From positions 157,046,001 to 157,110,000 of the forward strand of contig NC_043000.1 of the NCBI RefSeq assembly GCF_006345805.1: a stretch of DNA of 64,000 bases. Direction: 5' to 3'. The translations under genes and the position numbers were made by a program. Numbering within the stretch: the first letter of the stretch is position 1; every line of letters begins with the position of its first letter. The notes beneath the pieces were generated by a model. It was not told the origin of the DNA and searched no databases. It saw only the letters and a program-made list of their open reading frames with translations. This document shows positions 12,420 through 26,276 of this stretch, in pieces. The stretch is from Octopus sinensis (Eukaryota).

Positions 12420-14148
12420 ACGTCTTTTCTCCGAATATCAGTCAGAGTTTCACTGAATTGTAAAATTTCACAACATTGTATTATTCTTGTTAGCCCTTTC
12501 TGATTTATGCTCGTACCAAAGACATTTCAAGACCGTAATTCTCACTCAATCTCCAATGAACACTGCGAGCCATCCAGCAAGAGAAGGTGAGAGGTAATTC
12601 GAGCAACCAAAATGGGTTTCCTACGTAGAATATTCCTTTTGCTGTTTTTCCTCTTAGCACTTCGGCGGTTGGTAAAAATAACAAGGACGTGCAGCAAAGC
12701 GACTACTAAACATAAAACTTTCGCTTGAGCAGAATCGCAGAATGGCTAGAACTAAAAAAATACATACATACAGAAATTTAGTTCAGATAAAAGAGAGAAA
12801 AGTCGTCTTAACTGGGACCTTGTAAGAATTACAAAGAGCGGAGAGAGATATGGTGATTCACAGATTCCTAAATATTAAAAGTCGCCGCGTAGAAAGGCCA
12901 TCGAATGCTCGGGTTGAGTAACAAAGGAGATGTTATGGCAGAAAGACTTCGTCATTCGTGGCAGGTACTTTGGGTCCAGCATAGTACAATATCTCTTTGA
13001 GGACAAAGAGAGGAGCACCTTCATGATCCAGCAAGGAATTTCTCTTCAATCCGGCTTATATAGGCTGGCGAGTTGTGAAGGTGAGAGTGGTGAAAATACC
13101 AGCAACAGAAAGTCTCAGCACAACAAGAACAAGACCCACAATGAAAATTTAGAAAACGGTCTTTCAACAGTGCCTCTCCCAGCCCATGAGAAAAATCTGC
13201 CAGACGTTTCTGTCAAAAGAAAAAATAGACAACGATAAAGGGACCTTTCCCTGTTGACAGCCGAAAAGTTGTACGAAGTAGCTTCAGTCCACACCTCTAC
13301 CACAGATGCGCCATGAAAACAACAGCATCCATTTTATACATCAAGCATCCCTTATCAATTTTACTTCTGTAAATAGAAACAACATTGAATTGATGAATTT
13401 CACAAAAAAGCAACTGAGAAAATAATAAGAAAGGGAGAGGACTTCGGAAATCTACTTCCTAAGGGACCCCCAAATAAACTTCTACGAACAACAATATCGG
13501 TGAGGAGGGATATATCAGAGAAGAGTGGACAAAAGTCTTTTGAAGAGAGCCGTTTAAGAAATTCCTTACCGCCATAACCTGCCCTTCTCCGAAATCGAGG
13601 TTAAGTGATCTTTACCGCTTTGTTCGACCAACATGACCATATACGGGGTATGTTAATATACGTGGTCCCGGGTCGCATTGCTCAGTGACTGGATATAACA
13701 GTAGTTGCTGTCGGTGAGACCAGCGTTTCCAAAACGCATGCGTCGATGTACAATCTCACTTATGAAGCCTGAACTGAAAGGCAGGGTGGAACTTCTGTTT
13801 CGGTAAAGCTTAGATTTTGAGCACGGGCAATCCTTCAGGATCTGGAGAATTTCTAAATTGTGAAGTTTTGTCGAACGGTACTGTGAAGTGTAGGACGGAT
13901 TCGATTATCGCCCGATCCTGTGGTAAAGGTCATCCGCTGCCTTCCATTTGTTGGGAAGGGCAGGTAGTTATCTTATGTTTGATGGCTATGGCGAAAGAGA
14001 CTGAGTGGTGAATACGACTCAGAGAACAGAAGACGGGCACTTTACTCTTCAGTTAAGCGCACAACTTAGAAAGGAAGGTGCGAGTGGAGAGGAAGATACT
14101 ACTCCCGGTAGATTTGTTGAAAGGTGTGTGTGTGTGTGTGTGTGTGTA

Positions 14149-14193
<45 letters not shown>

Positions 14194-14440
14194 CAAACAG
14201 GGCTCAAGAGAAAGGGGTCCAACTCTAACAATGCTTTTGCAGGTCGGGGAATTTCTGCAAGGAGAAGACTCGCCCTTTTTGGTCAGAGTAACACAAGATT
14301 TTTGGGTTCATTCATTAGCTCTAGATAGCTCTGCCCCCAATTAGGGACATTGTATTTTTTGTGTTGTCTCTTGTTATTGTTATTTTCTAATTTACTCGTT
14401 TATATGTAATCTGCCACTGTATTGCTTCCTATTTTATGTA
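12420..14440 (+). mobile_element. Highly decayed, internally deleted L1/Tx1-like LINE (ORF1-like region, start of APE domain, C-terminus, 3' UTR)
   Basis: LDITVVAVGET near 13690 is APE-like. 13890-14130 (GRIRLS..MAMAKET..LERKVRVER..RFVER) is homologous to the 5250-5600 element. Boundaries are approximate. Confidence 0.55.
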
Positions 14441-14500
14441 TTGACCCTATTGTCTTCAAGGTCATGTATTTCCGTAGCCCAGCAGTTATCTACCACTCGT

Positions 14501-14621
14501 TTAAAACTCAACACTTGGTCCATAATTGCCTCTACTGGAGTTCAACTCAGTTTCCGATCTCTCAAACGAGGTCTCCAATTTGGGAGTGTCTTTCTTCTTT
14601 GCTCCGACCGGACTCGAGCGC
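14501..14621 (-). CDS. Candidate terminal coding exon (RSSPVGAKKKDTPKLETSFERSETELNSSRGNYGPSVEF*)
   Basis: Non-repetitive sequence with an open frame to a stop and acceptor TATATTTTCAAG (AAG, weak). No recognisable homology. Confidence 0.2.
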
Positions 14622-15471
14622 CTTGAAAATATATAATAAATGAATAAAAGGAGCATCGTTGCTGCCCTTTTCTTCGGACAAAATTGTGAAAAAATATGCA
14701 TTTGATAGAAAGCTTTTATTTGAAATAAAAGCTTTTAGCTGTTGCTTTTGTTGTTGGTTAGCTCCATATAAGCCTCGGCTAAACATAACTATAATCAAAG
14801 ATGTTTCGATCAAGTTCACTTCACTCAACCTTTTTCCCCCAAACAAAAGGTGCAAAAGACTTTATTCAATGAGTATATTCGTTGTTGTTGTTGACTAGCT
14901 CAGGGTCTAACACCCCAAAACTGAGATTAAAAGCGTCCAAGCCGTGACTATCGCTTAGTTTTTGAAGTACCTCCGACTACATTATGTAACGTAGTGGCTG
15001 TCAAACAATGCACTTCACAGAGTATTTAGATATAACTCATGTTATTAGAAAAGTCCATATTGGTATTTTAGCGTTTTCAAAACTGTGTTATTCATAATCT
15101 GTTTACACACAAATACGATAGATTAAATAAAATAAACATTGATTTTCTATATCTTGTTTTCCAAATGTTTAAATCTAGAACAGTATTAAAAAAAAAACTT
15201 TACATGCAAAGTATGTCAGTAACATGTTTGATTTCCAGTGGGAACGCACTCAAAAAGACTTGCTCTAAGGAGTCCATCCCTTTTCAAAACTTATTAAGGC
15301 TCGTCACGACTTAAGTGAAATTTGGACGCTACTTCTAGTAGGTTGGGCGACTAGAGGCTTCCTCGGGATTGTTGAAGGTCATATAGCAGGTGATTTTACT
15401 GCGTATGTAGATATTTAGAGATATCTATAGAATAAAGTAATGATGTATTGCGGTAGTTTTAACCGTCGAGT

Positions 15472-15571
15472 NNNNNNNNNNNNNNNNNNNNNNNNNNNNN
15501 NNNNNNNNNNNNNNNNNNNNNNNNNNNNNNNNNNNNNNNNNNNNNNNNNNNNNNNNNNNNNNNNNNNNNNN
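15472..15571. other. Assembly gap (100 N)
   Basis: Run of N. Continuity across it is not guaranteed. Confidence 1.
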
Positions 15572-16984
15572 CACACACACATGTATGTATACGTAATTAC
15601 TAATCATGCAGTTGGATCGATTAAACTAGTTTCAATCCTATCCTACCCTGTGTGCAAATATGTGGCTTTGTGCGAAAGAGGAAATCAATATAAGTGACAT
15701 TACTATGACTCCAGATAGAGCGGTGGATAACTGGACTGTATGTCTTCCATTGGTTTTTTAATCGTTGGAAGAAGCCAATATCAAACGCTGCACCCATCAT
15801 CTGATGACTTAAAACCAGGGATCTATAAATGAGTAAAAACTCAGCGTCTACGTGGTTCGAAACATGGTGTGTTTAATAGAGCGAGCACCGTTCAAAGGGT
15901 GGAGGCATGCTTGGAGACTCACGGAAATACCGCAGTGGGCTCTCATTTGAAAAAAAGCCCCCCCACCTAAAGAAAACCCCCAAAGCAGTGAGTATATGAA
16001 ATACAGACGTATGCTAACTATGGTAGACATCATCAGGGGCTAACCTGAATCGATGGGGATACCTAGAGTGACTTTTTTAGCGCAGATATCTGGTGCACCT
16101 ACAGACACAAATCACATCATACTGTAACCACTTGGTCACCCTGACTCGAGTGAGGTGTGAAAATAACTGTCAGGGTATACATAATTTTAATATAGATTAT
16201 GGGGGCAGTAGGTCTAACATTGTTAATTTTATCTGAATATGGAAATATTTTGTTCATAACATTTGTAAGTGGTGCACTGTTTTGGGGAGGAAGATTTTTA
16301 TTGCTTCGTGGGAGTTAAGAATATTTCTAATATAAATATGGTGGTGTGTGAGGCACGATACCAAACAACAATCCACTCGAGTTCATTATGATTTGATCAT
16401 TTCAGGACCGTTAATATAAGCACTTGTAAGTATGTACATAAATTGATTCAATCGCCAATAACCTCGTCTCACTCTATAACCCGTCACATTTCTGTCACGC
16501 ACTTCTATAAATCTGTTAGTCGTGTGTCAATGACACAAACTGATGACACACGCTCATACGCACACTTACACAAGAAGCTCGCGATGAGGTCATCCTTGCT
16601 GACGAAAACATTGCTGTTTAAGAAGAAAACGACCTTATTTTATGTAGTTCACATGAAGATGTAAAATGACAGAGACTATCCTTCTGTCAGAACCACGCCA
16701 GTTCATTGGTGAAGTCTGCTGTTGTTTGTAAAATGCTAAAACATTGTGTCAACTGCCATCAGGATGATGTGTTATGTGTTCAGTGTCATAATCATATGAT
16801 ACTTTGATATACTTCATGAACCTTTGATGTTACTAGGGTAGAGTGAGTAAGGGGTCAGTATGCTATTTGCTCAAAGCGAACCTCCCTGATTAATATCAGA
16901 AAGATAAGGGTGGATGAGCATTCTAGATTTTTTCTATTCGTTGCTCCCTATATAAAGGTAACAACAGCGACAATATTATGCCGC

Positions 16985-17450
16985 CGGAGTCGACTTTCCC
17001 TTTCATCTTTTCGGGGTCGATGAAATAAGTACCAGTTGACTACTGGGGTCAATGCAATCGACTCGTCCCCTTCCCCCAAATTTCAGGCCTTGTGTTTTTA
17101 GTAGAAATGATTATTATTATTATTATTATTATTATTATTGTTGTTGTTGTTGTTGTTGTTGATGTTGTCGTTGTTGTTGTCGTCGTGGTCGTTGTTATTA
17201 GAACAACGATATGACAGAATCGTTAGCACGCTGGGCGAAATGCTTAGCGGTATTTCGTCTGCCGCTCCGTTGTGAGTTCAAATTCCGCCGAGGTCGACTT
17301 TGCCTTTCATCCTTTCGGGGTCGATTAAATAAGTACCAGTTACGCACTGGGGTCGATGTAATCAACTCATCCCCTCACCCCAAATTGCTGCCCATGTGGT
17401 AAAATTTGAAGCGATTGTTATTATTACTGTCGTTTTTGTTGTTGTTGTTG

Positions 17451-17481
<31 letters not shown>

Positions 17482-17713
17482 TGTTGTTATTAGAGCGACG
17501 AACTGGTAGAATCGTTACTGTGCCGGACAAAATGTTTAGCGGCATTTCGTCCGTCCTCACGCATTAAATTAAAATCCGTAGAAGTTGGTTTTTGCCTTTT
17601 GGAATCGTCAGAACAAGTACCAGTTGTGCACTGGGGTCGATATATTCAACTCATCTCCTACTCCGAAACTGCTAACTGCTGACTGCTGGCCTTGTGCCAA
17701 AATTTGAAACTGC

Positions 17714-17764
<51 letters not shown>

Positions 17765-18005
17765 TGCTGCTGCTGTTGTTGTTGTTGTTGTTAAGACGGC
17801 GAGCTGACAGAATCACTAACGTCCCGCGCAAAATGCTCGGCGGTATTTCGTCCCTCTCTACGTTTAGAGTTCAAATCCTACCGAGGTCAACTTTGCTTTC
17901 CATCTTCTCAGAGTCGATGAAATAAGACCAGTCAAGCACTGGGTGGATGTAATCGACTAGCCCCACCCCAAAAATTTCAGTCTGCGTACCTATAGTAGAA
18001 AGGAT
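16985..18005 (+). mobile_element. Cluster of four older SINE-B copies separated by (ATT)/(GTT)/(GAT) tracts
   Basis: Copies at about 16985, 17205, 17495 and 17793, all on the same strand. Confidence 0.8.
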
Positions 18006-18031
18006 TATTATTATAAGTAGCAGTAGTCATG

Positions 18032-18069
<38 letters not shown>

Positions 18070-18669
18070 TGTAGTAGTAGTAGTAGTTGTAGTAGTAGTA
18101 GTGATGATGATAATAATCATAATCGTCTTTATCATCGCCATCATATCCCCCAAATTGGTGAAGCACTGCGTCATATGAATAACAATGTTTTTTTTTTTTT
18201 AGTAATGTATTTCGGTCCGTCTCTCCAATACGCTCCACACCCTAACTTTACCTTGCTATCCATCGAAATGACTCACATTTGTCAACCTGGGATGAGGAAG
18301 GGGTATAGGGATGGCTAATGATGAAATCACTGTTTATAAGTCATACTTAAACAGTAGCATCCCAGGAAACTAATGATGGTTTGTAAGTCATAGGCTGCGT
18401 GTGCCTGGATAGATATTCAGCAGCAACAAAAAAAAAAACCATCCTTCTAAAAAATATCGTGATAAGTCCTTGAAAGAATTCGTTAATAGTTTTAATTGCG
18501 TTATTAAGAATTCTTTCTCTCGTCGTGACTGCGTTGACATAGGAAAGATTCTTCTATTACATTTATTCGGAATGTCACATGTTTACCGTGGTTAAATGAC
18601 AAGCGAAGTACGTGCTATCAGGTATCCCAGTATGAAAAACCAGGACTAGATGAGGAAAGGAAGCATGTT

Positions 18670-20985
18670 TACTCCTTACTCTTTTACTCTTTTACTTGTT
18701 TCAGTCATTTGACTGCGGCCATGCTGGAGCACCGCCTTTAATCGAGCAACTCGACCCCGGGACATTCTTTTGTAAGCCCAGTACTTATTCTACGGTCTCG
18801 TTTCTTTTGCCGAACCGCTAAGTAACGGGGACATAAACATACCAGCATCGGTTGTCAAGCAATGCTAGAGGGACAAACACAGACACAACAACACACACAC
18901 ACGCATATATATATATATATACATATAAACGACGGGCTTTCTCTCAGTTTCCCTACTCTACCAATCCACTCACAAAGCTTTGGTCGGCCCGGGGTCTATA
19001 GTAGAAGACACTTGCTCAAGGTGCCACGCAGTGGGACTGAACCCGGAACCATGTGAGTGGTAAACAGCTACTTACCACACACAGCCTGCGCCTATGTTTA
19101 TTAATTTTTTTTCGTTTATGATTCCTTATATTTTCCTTCCACACCTTGTTTTTGCAGGATGGCTGTGTGATAAAAACTTGCTTTCCAACCACTTGCTTCT
19201 GGGTTCAGTCCACTGCATTGCCATTTTACTATTTTACCATAACCTCGTGCCGACCAAAAACCTTGTGAGTGGATTTGGTAGCTGGAAACTGAAAGAAAAC
19301 CCTTCGTGCATATTCTCTTTACTCTTTTACTTGTTTCAGTCATTTGACTGCGGCCAGCTGGAGCATCCCCTTTAGTCGATCAAATCGACCCCAGGACTTA
19401 TTATTTGTAAGCCTAGTACTTATTCTATCGGTCTCTTTTTCCGAACCGCTAAGTTACGGGTACGTAACACACCAGCATCGGTTTCAAGCGATGTTGGGGG
19501 GGGGGGACAAACACAGACACACACAACACACACACACGCATATATATATATATATATACATATAAACGACGGGCTTCTTTCAGTTTCCCTCTACCATATC
19601 CACTCACAAGGCTTTGGTCGGCCCGGGGCTATAGTAGAAGACACTTGCTCAAGGTGCCACGCAGTGGGACTGAACCCGGAACCATGTGATTGGTAAACAA
19701 GCTACTTACCACACAGCCTGCGCCTATGTTTATTAATTTTTTTTCGTTTATGATTCCTTAATATTTTCCTTCCACACCTTGTTTTTGCAGGCATGGCTGT
19801 GTGATAAAAAAGCTTGCTTTCCAACCACTTGCTTCTGGGTTCAGTCCCACTGCATTGCACATTTTACTATTTTACCATAACCTCGTGCCGACCAAAACCT
19901 TGTGAGTGGATTTGGTAGCTGGAAACTGAAAAAAACCCGTCGTGCATATTCTCTTTACTCTTTTACTTGTTTCAGTCATTTGACTGCGGCCATGCTGGAG
20001 CATCCCTTTAGTCGATCAAATCGACCCCAGGACTTATTATTTGTAAGCCTAGTACTTATTCTATCGGTCTCTTTTTCCGAACCGCTAAGTTACGGGTACG
20101 TAACACACCAGCATCGGTTTCAAGCGATGTTGGGGGGGGGGGACAAACACAGACACACACAACACACACACACGCATATATATATATATATATACATATA
20201 AACGACGGGCTTCTTTCAGTTTCCCTCTACCATATCCACTCACAAGGCTTTGGTCGGCCCGGGGCTATAGTAGAAGACACTTGCCCAAGGTGCCACGCAA
20301 TGGGACTGAACCCGGAACCATGTGGTTGGTAAACAAGCTACTTACCACACAGCCACTCCTGCGCCTATGTTTATTAATTTTTTTTCGTTTATGATCCCTT
20401 AATATTTTCCTTCCACACCTTGTTTTTGCAGGCATGGCTGTGTGATAAAAAAGCTTGCTTTCCAACCACTTGGTTCTGGGTTCAGTCCCACTGCATTGCA
20501 CATTTTACTATTTTACCATAACCTCGTGCCGACCAAAACCTTGTGAGTGGATTTGGTAGCTGGAAACTGAAAGAAACCCGTCGTGCATATTCTCTTTACT
20601 CTTTTACTTGTTTCAGTCATTTGACTGCGGCCATGCTGGAGCATCCCCTTTAGTCGATCAAATCGACCCCAGGACTTATTATTTGTAAGCCTAGTACTTA
20701 TTCTATCGGTCTCTTTTTCCGAACCGCTAAGTTACGGGTACGTAAACACACCAGCATCGGTTTCAAGCGATGTTGGGGGGGGGACAAACACAGACACACA
20801 AACATATATATGCATATATACGACAGGCTTCTTTCAGTTTCCATCTACCAAATCCACTCACAAGGCTTTGGTTGACCCGAGGTTATAGCAGAAGACACTT
20901 TCCCAAGGTGCCACGCAGTGAGACTGAACCCAGAACCATGTGGTTCGTAAGCAAGCTACTTACCACACAGCCACTCCTACGCCTA
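18670..20985. repeat. Tandem triplication of a ~640-bp unit made of a minus-strand SINE-A plus an opposing SINE-A head
   Basis: The unique spacer ATGTTTATTAATTTTTTTTCGTTTATGAT recurs at about 19094, 19726 and 20368. Confidence 0.9.
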
Positions 20986-20989
20986 TATA

Positions 20990-21073
<84 letters not shown>

Positions 21074-21804
21074 TGTCCCACCACTGCTTCACAACCAGTG
21101 TTGGTGTGTTTTTGTCCCCGTAACTTAGCAGATCGACAAAACAGACGATAGGACAAGTACCAGGCTTTACAAAAAATAAATAAATAAATAAATAAGCACT
21201 GCGGTCGATTCATCCGACTATAAATTCTTCGAGGTGTTGCTCCAGTATGGACGTAGTTTAATGACAAACAGATAAAAGATGAAAAAAAATATATATGAAC
21301 AAAAGCGTCGTTTACTGTAAATTCTCAGCTATACACCTAAACCATATGTAAATTTTAAATACAAATTTAAGTGTGTTGGGTCACACATACTGTTATACAT
21401 CCAGGCATTCACCCCCACCCCACCCCACCCCACCCCACCACCAGCCGCCCACACACACATTCTGAACTAGATCCCGCATCGCACCAAAGAGTTATCTGTC
21501 TCTGAGTGACGGGTGTTCTGCAGTCATTGGTCTGTCGTCACTGCGAGTAAACTGTGAAGCAGGTTTGCTTGGAAACGCGAGTTCACAAAACAAAACCGGA
21601 ACTTTCTTACATAGAAACAGGATGTAAAAAATGTCTGGTTCACGAGGCTGTGAGGCAGCTTTGTTTTGAAACGTGCGATCAGAAAGCAAAACCGGAATAT
21701 GTTCTTATTACAACCAGGATGAACAATGAAGTATGCTACACGAGACAACAACAAATTTTTAAAAAAAATCCTGATGTTCCTGAAAAATTTTGCAAATTTT
21801 CCCA

Positions 21805-21980
<176 letters not shown>

Positions 21981-22199
21981 CTTCTTTCAGTTCTGTTTCC
22001 ATTTCTTGCCGAGTATCTTTCTGACACCTAGGGCAGAGAAACGTACTGTATACATTGGTAGACTATTAAAACAAGCTCACCAGATTGTTTATTTACTGAG
22101 ACATGTGATAGAGAAAAAGGGAAAGACAGAGTGAAAAAGGAAAAAAAAAAAGAAATAGAAGAGTAAACAAATAAAATAAGAGGAAAAAGGAAAGAATAT

Positions 22200-23156
22200 T
22201 TACAGCAACAATGCTCTTCTCAATGCGTATGACGTATCAGTTAAGACAATCTTTTGCACTTTCCTGCATGGATGGTAAGCCAGGGATCATTCTTAAATAA
22301 TTTTCTGTTCCTTTTTTGATCATTCCAAGTGCTCCTACAATCACTGGTATTGTAACTGTCTTGAGATGACACATCTTTTCGATTTCGATTAGCAACTCTT
22401 TATATTTTCTGAGCTTATCAAATTCTTTTGCAGAGATATTATGGTCACAGGGTATGTTAATATCAATCAGTAAACAGATTTTATTGCTTCTGTCTTTTAC
22501 AACAATATCTGGTATTTGCCTAGATTGTTCGATCTGTACATAATGGGAAGTCCCAAAGAATAGTTACATTTTTTCCCTCAGATACAGCCTCAGGGTGGTA
22601 CTATTTGCCAGCAGTTTTGATTTTATAATGCCGACACATTATCCAATGTAGATATTGGCCAACTCTACCATGTCTTGATTTGTACTCTGCAGGTGCTAAA
22701 GCCTTACATACAGAGATTAGGTGATCCACTGTTTCTATCCCATCGTTGCGGTATCGGTATTTTGGGTCTCCACCATTTTTCATCACATTGGCTTGATAGT
22801 TTCGGGTCAATAAGCTCTGATCTTGGACAGTCTAGATAAAGCTGTCACTCTCTGCTTTTAACCCTGAGAGCCATTGCCACTGATAGGTGTGCTTCTGGTC
22901 TACATCAGCCTGTTTGCTACGGGCCACATATTTGCCATGCAGAGGTTTTTGTTCCCACCTATTAGCCAATTGTTCAAACGCATTTTGCTTTGCTACTGAT
23001 TTCACCGTCTTTGCAACTACAGTTGCTGCACTTCCCTCATAATGTTCAACCTGGGTATTATGCATAAACTCACATGAAAGTTTTTTGCTCTCCTTCATAA
23101 CAGAATGAAGCTTCTTACGTCTTTCATGGTTTTCAACGAGCTTTAGCATCCAGTCG
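22200..23156 (-). mobile_element. R4/Dong-like non-LTR retrotransposon 3' fragment (CCHC remnant and restriction-like endonuclease), pseudogenised
   Basis: WEQKPLHGKY, QDQSLLTRNY, ETVDHLISVC..EYKSRH, ILWDF, PDIVVKDR..LLIDINIPCD..KYKEL, IPVIVGALG, with stops and frameshifts. The 5' junction abuts (TAA)n. Confidence 0.88.
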
Positions 23157-23168
23157 TTATTATTATTA

Positions 23169-23248
<80 letters not shown>

Positions 23249-24120
23249 TCCGCCGAAGTCGACTCTGCCTTTCTATCCTTTCTAGGGTCGATAAGATAAG
23301 TACCAGTTGAACACTAGGGTCGATGTAATCAACTTAACTCGTCCCCGAAATTTCAGGCCTTGTGCCTATAATGTTTCTACTATATGCACAAAGATTATTT
23401 TGTTATTATTGTTATTATCAGTATTATATTTTACACAGAAGGAGAAAGCAGCGCTCATGACTCTTTACAGAGCCTACAAGACTAAATAGAGGAGGGAGGA
23501 AGGTATCTTCAAAACGGTGATCGGGCCAGAATGCTTGCAACAGACCTGTTGGTAGTGTTAAAATGAGCAATTTATTAACTTTACCACCTTAGTAGGCAAT
23601 AGGAATTTCAGAACAATTATCGCATGACAGCTGGCTCCACGTTCTTACTACCCAACATTTGCATTTTCTTTTACCGACCCAAATGGATGAAAAGAAAAAT
23701 TTACTTAGGTGGGGATTTGAATTCAGAGACTAAATTGTGGGGACAAATAACGCAAAAGCATTCTATCCGACACACAAGGGACTTTACTAGCATAAATGAG
23801 AACTGCTTAAAATTAAAAATTGTAAACAGACTGGGAAGATATGTAACTGTTGATATTTACGCATGAACAGACTATGCTGCTTAGACTGTTGGCATTATAT
23901 CCCCACTACTTAGAACCTCAAAATCCACCCATTCGTGTACGCAAATCAGACTTCGAAAGTGTCAACCTATTAAAATTCTTCAGAAAAATCATTTCCCTTC
24001 AATAATTGTTTCAGTAAAACAGATCGACACCGTTACTTGTATATGCGGATGTCAAGCAGTTGGCGGTGGGTGGGGACAAACATAAAGACGCATACACACA
24101 TATATACATACATACATACA

Positions 24121-24154
<34 letters not shown>

Positions 24155-24212
24155 CATACATACACATATACATACATACATACATATATACATACATACA
24201 TATATACATACA

Positions 24213-25837
24213 TTAGAAAGCTACAAGAGAAAGAGGACATCTAAGGGCTATTGTTAAGGAGTTTGCAAATATAGTACTCAGTTTCATACCTATTATTATT
24301 GGAACAACAGGAAACATACGAACCAGTCTGGAGCAAAATATGGCTAAAATTAAAATCTTGGAGAGAGAATGAAAATCCTAAATTCATACGCTATAAATGA
24401 TTACAATATCTGAGACCATAAAAATCTGCAAGACCTCCGAAAGATTTAAAGGATGACGGCTAAATCAAGATACTTTCTTTCACAACCTCACTACCAAATC
24501 GATGGCCGGTCATAATTTACTCTAAGCTAAAAAGAGAAAGATAATACATACATACATACATACATACATACATACATACATACATACATACATACATACA
24601 TACATACATACATACCCTGTTTCTGATGTTGAAATTCCAATGAAGGAGCCTTAGATCTAGGTTAGAAACCGGCTCTTTCTCCATTGGTAAGAAATCTTGA
24701 AATAAAACTGAACAATGATATACATACATACGGAGTACATACATACATACATACATACATACATACATACATACATACATACATACATACATACATACAC
24801 TCGTCCTAAATACCTATCTTAAGAAATTAAGCTTCTCAAAACCAGAAAGAAGAAAGCTGATTCGAAGACTACATCTCCAATCCATCACTGGAACTGTAAA
24901 AATCTGTAAAACTTACCCGAATTATATATGAGCCTGTCTAGACATGCAACTATATGCATGAGGGTGCATACATAAAACAAAGCATACAAATCTACACATA
25001 TACATACAAACAAAAATACTCTGTTGATGTTGTTGAAATTCCAATGAGCTTTGGATCTAGGTTAGAAACCTACTCTTTCTTTATTGGCAAGAAATCTTGA
25101 AAACGGAAGAATGGCATACATGCATGCATACATACATACATACATGGTGGCTTCCCCCTCGTTATCGAGTATGGCCATTGCACGAAGCTTAATCAATGTT
25201 ATCGTGCAATACCTGTGCAAGAAGATTTTTTTTTAAGTGAGAAAAGGCTGTGCACTGAGTCAATACCACTCACTAAGCAACAGCAGCCATAATCCGAAAA
25301 GAAAACAAGTCAACATAATCGGTAACCACTGAGCCGCAGGTTTTATGTCAGAGTTATCCCACTTACCTGAGTTACCTTCTCCTAGAAGGATGTCCTAACA
25401 AAAGCTAGAAGTCATTCACTCCCAATGGTTTAACCGCGCGATCGGGTATTCAGTCCGATTATTTCTATGTCCCCGCGCATGATACAGCCTTAAGAAATTT
25501 ATTAGATGGCCGTTGACTCTCAAGAGTTCCTCCGCCCTTTGACGGGTTTTGTTTTTCATCCCGCAGGGTGTCCAATAATCCCCCTCCTCACCAAGCAAGC
25601 TTGGTGGGGTTGCCAGTTTAGTCGCCGACGGCCCGACCACACACGTTGTACTGGGTTACATGTTACCAGTAGCACTCGAAAGTGACCTGACATAACATAC
25701 ATACATACATACATACATGCATACATACATACATGCATGCATGCATACATACATACATACATACATACATACATACATACATACATGCATACATACATAC
25801 ATGCATACATACATACATACATACATACATACATACA

Positions 25838-25871
<34 letters not shown>

Positions 25872-26276
25872 CATACATATACATACATACATACATAGAT
25901 ACATACATACATACATACATACATACATACATACATACATACATACATACATACATACACACTTCCTAAATACCTATCTTGAGAAATTAAGCTTCTCAAT
26001 ACCAGAAAGGTGAAAGCTGATTCGAAAACTACATCTCCAGTCCATCACTGGAACTGTAAAAATCTGTAAAACTTACCAGAATTATATATGAGCCTATCTA
26101 GATGTGCAGCTATATGCATGAGGGTGCATACGTAAAACAAAACATGCAAATCTACACATATACATACATACAAAGATGCCCTGTTGATCTTGAAATTCCA
26201 ATGAAAGAGCCTTTGATCTAGGTTAGAAACCTGCTCTTTCTTTACTGGCAAGAAATCTTGAAAACTGAAGAATGGC
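24213..26276 (+). mobile_element. Four 5'-truncated 3' ends of RLE-type LINEs, each bounded by (TACA)n
   Basis: Copies at 24213-24545 (FIPIIIGTTG..ETIKICKT), 24615-24718 (3' UTR only), 24799-25115 and 25960-26276 (YLEKLSFS.PER.KLIR.LHLQSITGTVKICKT plus a shared 3' UTR). Confidence 0.75.
25145..25690. mobile_element. Dispersed repeat, possibly the 5' region of an RTE-type element
   Basis: 25505-25640 (GATGGCCGTTGAC..TTCCTCCGCCCTTTGAC..CCCGCAGGGTGTCCAA) recurs diverged at about 50838-50975. Confidence 0.5.

Noticed and set aside
15790-15875. Hammerhead-like CTGATGA..GAAAC
   Set aside because: The cleavage position is G, stem I does not pair and the spacing is long.
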